From positions 33,176 through 97,175 of IMG/VR virus record IMGVR_UViG_3300030098_006630: DNA of 64,000 bases; one strand, 5' to 3'. Each line of letters starts with the position of its first letter. The stretch's first letter is position 1. This document shows, piece after piece, positions 49,910-57,503 of this stretch. The notes beneath the pieces were generated by a model. That model saw only the letters and a list, made by a program, of their open reading frames with translations, was not told the DNA's origin and ran no database searches. This DNA is from a virus. Position numbers and translations under genes: made by a program.

Positions 49910-50414
49910 TAAAGAAGATTTAGAAGTGATTAGAGCGATTGGGCAGTGCGCTGCCAATGCTTATGATGGTGCTTTAGACGATAAAGGCGAACCTATCGTC
50001 ATTGGACTTTCTAGGGATGTAGGAAATCCAAATATTGATAGCCGCATTGTTGACGGATTCAAAGTAAAAATGGTTGGCAAAAAGCTTATGATCTCCTATC
50101 AATCTGATGTGTTTTTAAAAGATGTTCATGATAAAGGCTTTGAAAACGATCTTGAAAGAAAAATGGGAGATATTGTCTCTTATCTGAAAAAAGAATTTAA
50201 AAAGATTACTAAGAAAGCCCTTAATTTAAAATCTCTTGGAGATGTAGATGCCTTGGTACAACAGACTTCCCGCGTTAGAGTATTTGTTGTCGCTACGAAA
50301 ACTTACGAAGTAGGCAATCTTTCCAGCGTTGATGCTGTGGAGGGGGACACGACAGTGAAGAATACTCACCGCAACTTCCAAAATTTCCTCGCAGAAGGTG
50401 CATGGAAGGCTTAG
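49902..50414 (+). CDS. Hypothetical protein upstream of the terminase
   Basis: AGGAG SD; overlaps the upstream stop. Confidence 0.6.
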   Translation: MSSKEDLEVIRAIGQCAANAYDGALDDKGEPIVIGLSRDVGNPNIDSRIVDGFKVKMVGKKLMISYQSDVFLKDVHDKGFENDLERKMGDIVSYLKKEFKKITKKALNLKSLGDVDALVQQTSRVRVFVVATKTYEVGNLSSVDAVEGDTTVKNTHRNFQNFLAEGAWKA

Positions 50415-50436
50415 TAGACAACTTATCTAAAAAATA

Positions 50437-52011
50437 ATGTCATATGAGCTAACCAAAAAACAAATATTATCTGAGATTGTTAAAGCGGGAAAAGATCCAT
50501 CTTATTTTATAAACAACTACGCCAAAATCGCTCACCCGATGCGAGGATTAATTCCTTTTAAGTTGTATCCCTTTCAGGAGCAATTACTTGATGATTTTAA
50601 CGATCATAGATTTAATGTTATCTTAAAAGCAAGACAGCTCGGTATTTCAACTATTACCGCAGCATATATTGCTTGGATGATGATGTTCCACCGAGATAAA
50701 AATATTCTTGTTATCGCTACAAAGTTTGGAACAGCCGCAAACCTTGTAAAAAAAGTAAAATCTATTATCAAGTATCTTCCTTCCTGGATGAAGATCGCCA
50801 ATATTCATATTGATAATAGAACTTCTTTCGAGCTTTCGAATGGCTCTCAGATTAAAGCTTCTTCAACTTCTTCTGATGCAGGTCGTTCCGAAGCTTTGTC
50901 TCTTTTAGTTGTTGATGAGGCTGCACACGTAGACGGATTAGATGACCTTTGGACGGGTCTATACTCTACTCTATCGACTGGAGGACGGTGCATCGCCCTC
51001 TCTACCCCAAATGGCTGCGGCAACTGGTTTCATCAGACCTATGTAGACTCTACAGCAGAAAAGAATGATTTTTATCCCACAAAGTTAATGTGGGATGTAC
51101 ACCCAGAGCGCAATCAAGAGTGGTTTGAGAAAGAAACTAGAAATATGTCTCGTAGACAAATCGCTCAAGAATTAGAGTGCAATTTCAATATGTCAGGAGA
51201 AACCGTTTTTCATCCTGATGATCTAATTTATATCGCGGATAGTGCAAGAGAACCCAAATATAAAACGGCTTTTGATAGAAACTTTTGGATTTGGGAAGAA
51301 TATCAAAAGGATTCCACTTATCTTATTTCAGCTGATGTAGCCAGAGGCGATGGAAAGGATTATTCTACATTTCATGTTGTTAAAATAGAGACAAACGAGG
51401 TGGTAGGAGAATATCAAGGAAAGTTAACACCTGATATTTTTTCTGGTATACTTTATGATGCGGGAAAGGAATATGGCGACTGCATGATTGTTGTTGAGAA
51501 CATGGCTGCTGGACACACAGTATTAAACAAACTAATTGAGCGCGATTATCCCAACGTATATCATTCTTACAAATCCACTCATGAGTATGTCGATCAAGTG
51601 ACTGCTGAGTATTCTAACAGCGCAGTCGCAGGTTTCACAACCTCTAGCAAGACTCGTCCTCTAATAATCGCAAAAATGGAAGAATTCATTAGAAATAAAC
51701 TACTTACGATATATTCGACAAGATTACTTGAGGAGATGAAAACATTCATTTGGCACAATGGTCGTCCACAAGCTATGAGAAAGTATAACGACGACTTGGT
51801 TATGGCTTGCGCGATAAGCTGCTGGGTGAGAGATACAGCTTTTGAAACAAACAAGAGAGAGCTTGAATATAAAAAGGCTTTCTTAGGCGCAATGACAACA
51901 ACAAAAAAAGAAATGAACACAACAATACCTGGAATGCAGGGTTACAAATCAAACAAGATGAAGAAAATAGAGAAGCAATACAAAGACTACAACTGGCTTT
52001 TAAAAGGTTAA
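50437..52011 (+). CDS. Terminase large subunit (T4 gp17-like)
   Basis: LYPFQ, LKARQLGIST (Walker A variant), LLVVDEAA (Walker B), STPNG, QELEC.F, ADVARG...DYS and NDDLVMA nuclease motifs. Confidence 0.95.
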   Translation: MSYELTKKQILSEIVKAGKDPSYFINNYAKIAHPMRGLIPFKLYPFQEQLLDDFNDHRFNVILKARQLGISTITAAYIAWMMMFHRDKNILVIATKFGTAANLVKKVKSIIKYLPSWMKIANIHIDNRTSFELSNGSQIKASSTSSDAGRSEALSLLVVDEAAHVDGLDDLWTGLYSTLSTGGRCIALSTPNGCGNWFHQTYVDSTAEKNDFYPTKLMWDVHPERNQEWFEKETRNMSRRQIAQELECNFNMSGETVFHPDDLIYIADSAREPKYKTAFDRNFWIWEEYQKDSTYLISADVARGDGKDYSTFHVVKIETNEVVGEYQGKLTPDIFSGILYDAGKEYGDCMIVVENMAAGHTVLNKLIERDYPNVYHSYKSTHEYVDQVTAEYSNSAVAGFTTSSKTRPLIIAKMEEFIRNKLLTIYSTRLLEEMKTFIWHNGRPQAMRKYNDDLVMACAISCWVRDTAFETNKRELEYKKAFLGAMTTTKKEMNTTIPGMQGYKSNKMKKIEKQYKDYNWLLKG

Positions 52012-52014
52012 TAA

Positions 52015-53961
52015 ATGGCAAGTAATAAAAAAAATACCAAAAATCCTCAAAGTAAACTGTTCCGTCAACTTACGCGGCTTTTTTCTGGACCTATTACCGA
52101 CTATAGAAGGCAAAACCCTCGTAAGCTGAGACGCCGCCAGTTAGATAAGTTTAATTTTCAGTCAGCCGGAGGGTTAGAATTTAAAAAAAGCGCTTACGAT
52201 CCTTATCGTAATCTTGGAGCAGGGTTCTTCAATAATCAAAGTCGTATGGAGAGGTATATTGACTTTGATCAAATGGAATACTCACCAGAACTTCACTCTG
52301 CCCTTGATATTTATGCTGATGAGATGACTACCTCTAATGAGTTTAGCCCTTTGTTGACGATTAAATGCCCTAATGAAGAAATACGCTTTACTCTTGACAA
52401 CCTTTACCATAATGTCCTAAATATCGATTTTAATCTTTTTGGTTGGTGTCGAACAATGTGTAAGTATGGAGATTACTTTCTTTATTTAGACTTAGACGAT
52501 GAGACAGGCGTTAAGAATGTTATTGGATTGCCAGCAAAAGAGATTGAGCGCCTAGAAGGCGAAGACCCAACAAATCCAAACTACGTCCAGTTCCAATGGA
52601 ACTCGGGCGGCTTAACTTTTGAAAACTGGCAAATGGCTCATTTTCGTATTTTAGGCAACGACAAGCACGCTCCCTATGGGACTTCTGTCCTCGACCCTGC
52701 CCGTCGTATTTGGCGGCAACTGACGCTCCTTGAAGATGCTATGATGGCTTATCGTATTGTCCGAGCACCAGAAAGAAGAGTTTTCTATATTGATACTGGT
52801 AATATTTCTCCCGAAGATGTCGAACAATACATGCAGAAAGTCATGACTCAGATGAAGCGAAATCAAGTTGTAGATACCGATACTGGTCGAGTTGATCTTC
52901 GCTACAACCCTATGTCGGTTGAAGAAGATTATTGGGTTCCCGTAAGAGGAGCAACTAACACTCGCATTGAAAACCTTCCAGGTGGAACTTATACAGGAGA
53001 CATTGATGACGTTAAGTATTTGCGAGATAAGTTGTTCAGTGCGATCAAAATCCCTGCCTCTTACTTGTCCGCTACCGAGGATACCGAAGACAAGACAACG
53101 TTATCTCAGAAAGATATTCGATTTGCCCGAACAATCCAGAGACTACAGCGCTCAATCATTACAGAATTGGAAAAAATCGGGATTATTCACCTCTTCACAT
53201 TGGGCTTCCGAGGACCTGACTTAATTTCGTTTAATTTAACTTTGAATAATCCGTCGAAGATTGCAGAATTGCAAGAACTTGAACATTGGAGAACAAAATT
53301 TGAAGTTGCATCTGCCGCAACTGAAGGATTCTTTAGTAAGCGCTGGATTTTTGAGAAGTTATTTAATCTTTCTCATGAAGAGATTAATCAAATTCAGAGA
53401 GAGAAGTTTTATGATAAGGCATACGAAACCTCTCTTGAAACAACATCTGAAGATTCTTTAGGCGGCGGCGGTGCTTTCGACACCGGCGCAGGTGGCGATC
53501 TTTTTGGAGATGATGAGTCTGACGATCCTCTAGCAGATATAGATCTAGAAGAAGACCCCACTGATGCAGACTTGCCCGGACTCGACGACCCCGCCGGCTC
53601 AACAGGAGAAGACTCCCCCACCGGAGGTCTTATTACCGCCCCAGCAAAAAGAGATGATGAAAATTATAAAATAACAAAGCAAGATTTTATGAATCGTCCA
53701 AAAACCACAACCTCTAAATCTAAGCTTAAGTGGTATGAACCCGTAGATACTGACGGTCGCAAATCCACTGGTCCTCGCAAGCGTCAATGGAACGCACAGG
53801 CGACTCCCGGTATGGGACCAATGAAAAGTTTAGGTAAAGGTATAGTCGCAGAAGAACTTGCTACTACTTATAAGAAGGAAGAAGAACTTTTGTTCCAAAC
53901 AAAGCAAAGCATTGATAATCTAATAGCTGGATTGGAGAGTAAGAAAAAAGATGAAGTTTAA
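52015..53961 (+). CDS. Portal protein (T4 gp20-like) with an acidic/basic C-terminal extension
   Basis: PYGTSVL..ARRIWRQL.LLEDAMMAYRIVRAPERRVFYID.GN, EDYW.PVRG, LPGG....IDDVKYL..KL..A.KIP, DIRFARTI.RLQ. Confidence 0.95.
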   Translation: MASNKKNTKNPQSKLFRQLTRLFSGPITDYRRQNPRKLRRRQLDKFNFQSAGGLEFKKSAYDPYRNLGAGFFNNQSRMERYIDFDQMEYSPELHSALDIYADEMTTSNEFSPLLTIKCPNEEIRFTLDNLYHNVLNIDFNLFGWCRTMCKYGDYFLYLDLDDETGVKNVIGLPAKEIERLEGEDPTNPNYVQFQWNSGGLTFENWQMAHFRILGNDKHAPYGTSVLDPARRIWRQLTLLEDAMMAYRIVRAPERRVFYIDTGNISPEDVEQYMQKVMTQMKRNQVVDTDTGRVDLRYNPMSVEEDYWVPVRGATNTRIENLPGGTYTGDIDDVKYLRDKLFSAIKIPASYLSATEDTEDKTTLSQKDIRFARTIQRLQRSIITELEKIGIIHLFTLGFRGPDLISFNLTLNNPSKIAELQELEHWRTKFEVASAATEGFFSKRWIFEKLFNLSHEEINQIQREKFYDKAYETSLETTSEDSLGGGGAFDTGAGGDLFGDDESDDPLADIDLEEDPTDADLPGLDDPAGSTGEDSPTGGLITAPAKRDDENYKITKQDFMNRPKTTTSKSKLKWYEPVDTDGRKSTGPRKRQWNAQATPGMGPMKSLGKGIVAEELATTYKKEEELLFQTKQSIDNLIAGLESKKKDEV

Positions 53962-54769
53962 ACATAATAAAAAAAGAAATACTGCTTTTGTATTTGAAAG
54001 TTTAACCAGGGAAGTGGTAAAAAGTATTATAAATGAAAATTTAGAAAAGAAAAATATCATCATTAATACATTAAAAAAATTCTTTAATAAAGAGACAGAG
54101 CTTTATAAAGAGCTTCAAATCTACAACTCTATTCTCGAAACTAGAGAGATGGATAAAAATACTAAAGAAAAAGTAATAAAAGAAGCAAGATTTCAACATT
54201 CTAAGCTTGATAAAGATAAGATTTTTCAATCTCAAACTGCGCTTATCAACGAAATCAATAAGACTGTGACAAAAGATCTTTTTAATAATTTTGTTCCTAA
54301 TTACAAGAACTTAGCTACTATCTATAACTTTTTAAACCTAGATGTAGCTCCTAAAAAGAAAGTTATCTTGGAAAATAAACTCGTAGAAGAGCTTAAACAA
54401 CTTGAGGAAGAAAAGAAAATCCCTACCGATAAGCTAACCTTTAATGTTTTCTTGAAGAAATATAACCAACAATATGGCGATGGACTTCTTCAAGAACAAA
54501 AGATACTCCTTAATAAATATATTACGTCTTTTTCAGATAACGGACTGGGATTAAAAGTTTTCCTAAATGAAGAAGTTGGACGTATCAAAACAAAACTTAA
54601 AAAAACACTTGACACTGAAATTGTAAGAGAAAACGAACAGATTAAAGAAAAAGTTTTTAAAGTCACCGAGATTGTTGAATCTTTTAAGAGTAAACCCGTC
54701 ACTCAAGACGTTTTAAAAAGTATTCTTAAAATACAGAACTTACTAAGTGAGCTAGAGACAAATGACTAA
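53951..54769 (+). CDS. Head-module hypothetical protein
   Basis: KHNKKRNT..VFE.L.R and NYK.LATIY motifs; overlaps the portal stop. Confidence 0.6.
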   Translation: MKFKHNKKRNTAFVFESLTREVVKSIINENLEKKNIIINTLKKFFNKETELYKELQIYNSILETREMDKNTKEKVIKEARFQHSKLDKDKIFQSQTALINEINKTVTKDLFNNFVPNYKNLATIYNFLNLDVAPKKKVILENKLVEELKQLEEEKKIPTDKLTFNVFLKKYNQQYGDGLLQEQKILLNKYITSFSDNGLGLKVFLNEEVGRIKTKLKKTLDTEIVRENEQIKEKVFKVTEIVESFKSKPVTQDVLKSILKIQNLLSELETND

Positions 54770-55286
54770 ACAAATCAACATTACTTTAAAACAAAAAAAG
54801 CTTGTCGAGGTTGCTTTAGATGTCAAAAAATCTCTTGATGGAAATATTATGATTTTTGATCATAAAGATATTGATATTGTTATCATTCCCGAGGGCAAAA
54901 AGGTGGTCACCTTTCCCAAGAGCGAATACTCTAAGCACGTCTACCCTACACAAGATAAGTTATTTAATTATTTAAGGCGAGATGGCGTCATTAAATATGA
55001 CAGTATTAGAGGTGGGAATATTTTTATGTCTATGGAAGCCATTATAGCCGAGTCTGAAGAGGTGAACTCTATTGATGCAACGTTGTACTCTATTTCCAAG
55101 TTTATGATAGGAGAGAGAGAAATATTCGACTACGAATACGACATGACACAACAAGAAGAAGATTATCTGACAGAACCTACGCCGGAGGATTCTACTGCAC
55201 TGGGCGAGGTTCCCCAAGAACCAAGAAAGGGCAGTATCATCCCAGGAGTTAATCCCTACGGAATGCCTGGTCAGTATAACATGTAA
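54762..55286 (+). CDS. Hypothetical protein
   Basis: Coupled ORF within the head module. Confidence 0.6.
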   Translation: MTKQINITLKQKKLVEVALDVKKSLDGNIMIFDHKDIDIVIIPEGKKVVTFPKSEYSKHVYPTQDKLFNYLRRDGVIKYDSIRGGNIFMSMEAIIAESEEVNSIDATLYSISKFMIGEREIFDYEYDMTQQEEDYLTEPTPEDSTALGEVPQEPRKGSIIPGVNPYGMPGQYNM

Positions 55287-55290
55287 TTAA

Positions 55291-55605
55291 ATGGATTTAG
55301 TTTATTTTATTCTATGCGCCTATGGAATGACGCAAATCATTCTCTACGGCTCAATATTCAATAAAATCCGACCTTCCAAAGATTGGCTCGGAGGTTTCGG
55401 AAAATTATTTCACTGCGCGATGTGCATGGGCTTTTGGGTAGGGGTTTTTCTTGCTTTTTTAAGTCCTTTTTGTTCTTTGTGGCAGTATGAACTTGCAGTT
55501 GCTAATATTTTTCTTTTAGGGTGCCTATCGTCGGGAACATCGTATATTTTAAACCGCCTTGTGAATGACGACGGAGTTTCTATCACTTTAAATAAAAATG
55601 AATGA
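55291..55605 (+). CDS. Small membrane protein with a CxxC motif (DUF1360-like)
   Basis: Three hydrophobic segments; LFHCAMCMGFWVG. Confidence 0.6.
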   Translation: MDLVYFILCAYGMTQIILYGSIFNKIRPSKDWLGGFGKLFHCAMCMGFWVGVFLAFLSPFCSLWQYELAVANIFLLGCLSSGTSYILNRLVNDDGVSITLNKNE

Positions 55606-55625
55606 TGCTTTAAGTGCTTAAAGAT

Positions 55626-55633
55626 ACTATTTA
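55626..55633 (+). promoter_or_regulatory. Putative late promoter ACTATTTA
   Basis: Intergenic copy upstream of the small ORF and the protease. Confidence 0.65.
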
Positions 55634-55665
55634 TTGTGGTATTTTATATTTAGGAGTCTAATAAA

Positions 55666-55731
55666 ATGCGAAGACAAAACACACCCCAAGTTCGACGCTG
55701 TTGCAGTGGAAGCAATATCAAGCAGGGGTGA
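55666..55731 (+). CDS. 21-aa small ORF MRRQNTPQVRRCCSGSNIKQG, possible leader peptide (not in the ORF track)
   Basis: AGGAG SD at 55652-55656 and an ACTATTTA motif at 55626. The stop codon lies in the loop of a hairpin. Confidence 0.5.
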   Translation: MRRQNTPQVRRCCSGSNIKQG

Positions 55732-55746
55732 GCCCTGCTTCTTTTT
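55720..55746 (+). terminator. Intrinsic terminator/attenuator-like hairpin AAGCAGGG-GTGAG-CCCTGCTT followed by CTTTTT
   Basis: Perfect 8-bp stem with a U-rich tail, just upstream of the protease SD. Confidence 0.6.
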
Positions 55747-55758
55747 AGGAAATAAAAT

Positions 55759-56385
55759 ATGACTAAACAACTTATTAGAGAATTTTATGAACTTTGTTCT
55801 GACGGGAACTGTGTCATGGATGTATTGACCGAAAGCGAAAGAATCCGTCGTGATAACGGAGCAGTGTTTCTTGTTGGTATTTGCCAAAAAGCAGGCACAA
55901 AAAACGGAAACGGTAGAGTTTATCCTAAAAACGTCTTGGAACGAGAGATAGAACATTACCAGCAACTTGTTCGCGAAAGGCGAGCCCTTGGAGAGCTTGA
56001 CCATCCAGACGATTCTGTTATTAATCTTAAAAATGTTTCTCACCTTATTACAAAGATGTGGTGGGACGGTGATAGTGTAATGGGCAAGATCGAAGTTTTA
56101 GACACTCCATCTGGTAAAATACTCAAAGATCTTTTAAGCTGCGACATCAAGCTGGGTGTGTCTTCCCGAGGCATGGGTTCTGTTAAAGAATCTATGGGTG
56201 CCCTAACTGTAGAAGACGATTTTCAACTTATCTGTTTTGATATGGTAGCAGATCCTTCAATCGGAGAGTTTATGAACCGCACTTCCGGTCTGAATGAAAA
56301 CAAAAACCCTTCTTTCATAAAGGAACTTACCCAAGTTGATAAAATCAACTTTGCTTTGAATGATATTTTAAAGGAAACGAAATGA
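55759..56385 (+). CDS. Prohead core protease (T4 gp21-like)
   Basis: KNGNGRVYP, ALGELDHP, VSH.I, LGVSSRGMGS, FDMVADPS. Confidence 0.95.
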   Translation: MTKQLIREFYELCSDGNCVMDVLTESERIRRDNGAVFLVGICQKAGTKNGNGRVYPKNVLEREIEHYQQLVRERRALGELDHPDDSVINLKNVSHLITKMWWDGDSVMGKIEVLDTPSGKILKDLLSCDIKLGVSSRGMGSVKESMGALTVEDDFQLICFDMVADPSIGEFMNRTSGLNENKNPSFIKELTQVDKINFALNDILKETK

Positions 56386-56786
56386 AAAAAGCAGAACTAA
56401 AAAGAGCCTTAAAACCACTAGTCAAAGAATGCATCAAAGAAGTTCTCTTTGAAGATGGTGTATTGTCTGGTATTATTGCCGAAGTCGTCACAGGTCTTGG
56501 AGCAGGTCAAGTTGTCATGGAACAAAAAACCCAACAAGTTGACCAAGAAGCCCTTCTTCGCGAAAAAGCAGAGAAGATGGAAGCTCAACGACAAGCAAAA
56601 ATAAAAAGACTCAATGAAAGTTCTGGTTTGGGTAAGAAAGTCAATGTATTTGAAGGCGTTAAGCCTATGCAAGAGTCCAAACAAAGCGGTCCTTCTCCGC
56701 TTGCCGGGACAGCTCCAGGCGACAGCGGAGTTGACATTTCAGGCATTTTAAATGTCTCACGCCATAATTGGAAGGACCTCATCTAA
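56382..56786 (+). CDS. Prohead core / internal protein, hypothetical
   Basis: N-terminal MKKAELK..LK.LVKECIKEVL resembles the IKEE leader; contains L-x-E sites. ATGA overlap with the protease gene. Confidence 0.55.
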   Translation: MKKAELKRALKPLVKECIKEVLFEDGVLSGIIAEVVTGLGAGQVVMEQKTQQVDQEALLREKAEKMEAQRQAKIKRLNESSGLGKKVNVFEGVKPMQESKQSGPSPLAGTAPGDSGVDISGILNVSRHNWKDLI

Positions 56787-56795
56787 GGGAAAACA

Positions 56796-57014
56796 ATGGC
56801 AAAACCAAAAAATTTAGAAGTGACTCTTCGTCAATGCAAAGGAGACCAGAACAGATTAATTAAGCGATTTATCAAGAAATTTAAAAAATCAGGAATCCTT
56901 GACGAAGTTAAAAATCGCAGGTTTTACGAAAAACCTTCAAAGAAAAGAAGAAGAAAGAAAAATCAAAGAAAGAGAATACTTATGAAAGAACAGAAAAAAT
57001 CAGGAGTTAAATAA
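56796..57014 (+). CDS. rpsU: Ribosomal protein bS21 homologue
   Basis: V..R.....LIKRF.KK.KKSGIL.EVK.RRFYEKPS.KRRRK, the bS21 signature; 72 aa and highly basic. Confidence 0.9.
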   Translation: MAKPKNLEVTLRQCKGDQNRLIKRFIKKFKKSGILDEVKNRRFYEKPSKKRRRKKNQRKRILMKEQKKSGVK

Positions 57015-57484
57015 TGGCAACTTTTCAACAATATACACCAGGGCTAGGCAGTGTAGGTAATTATCAAGTGGCAGGAGTTCCTTGGATAACAAGTTCTGTT
57101 TTACCTCCAAGCGGAAATACAGATGGTTTAAATAGCAGCACTCACCATATCAAGTTTCCTTATGTGACAAAAAGCTTTACTGTCTGCAATATAGGACAAA
57201 CTGATATTGATGTTCGACTTGCAAACGATCAAGGCTCTATTGGCATTACCAATCAAGGCGGACACGCCTTTTTGATTCCAATGTCAGGTACGGCAACGTC
57301 CAACAGAAGAGCTGAGTTCACGTTTGAAGCAAAGGTAAAAGAAATATTCATCTCTAATCGCGAAAGCGCAATAGGAGCTTTCCAGATTTTTGCTTCTTGT
57401 ACTAGGATTGATCGCAAGCACATGTTTGAACTTACAGGCTCTGGGGTCAATAGCGAGCCAGGTGACACAACAATCACACCATAA
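57014..57484 (+). CDS. Small beta-rich virion protein (decoration/adaptor candidate)
   Basis: GLGSVGNYQVAGVPWITSS, I.FPYVTK..TV.N and LTGSG. Coupled between bS21 and the fibre gene. Confidence 0.5.
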   Translation: MATFQQYTPGLGSVGNYQVAGVPWITSSVLPPSGNTDGLNSSTHHIKFPYVTKSFTVCNIGQTDIDVRLANDQGSIGITNQGGHAFLIPMSGTATSNRRAEFTFEAKVKEIFISNRESAIGAFQIFASCTRIDRKHMFELTGSGVNSEPGDTTITP

Positions 57485-57503
57485 GGATTTTTAAGGAAGA
57501 ATA

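Noticed and set aside
50437-52011. Inactive terminase, because Walker A lacks the GKT lysine; also an intein or intron
   Set aside because: RQxG[IF]ST-type variants with an upstream Lys are common in terminases, the other motifs are intact and the length is normal.
55729-55755. Selenocysteine at the TGA of the small RRCC ORF
   Set aside because: The hairpin surrounds the UGA instead of following it, and readthrough would add only 7 codons.
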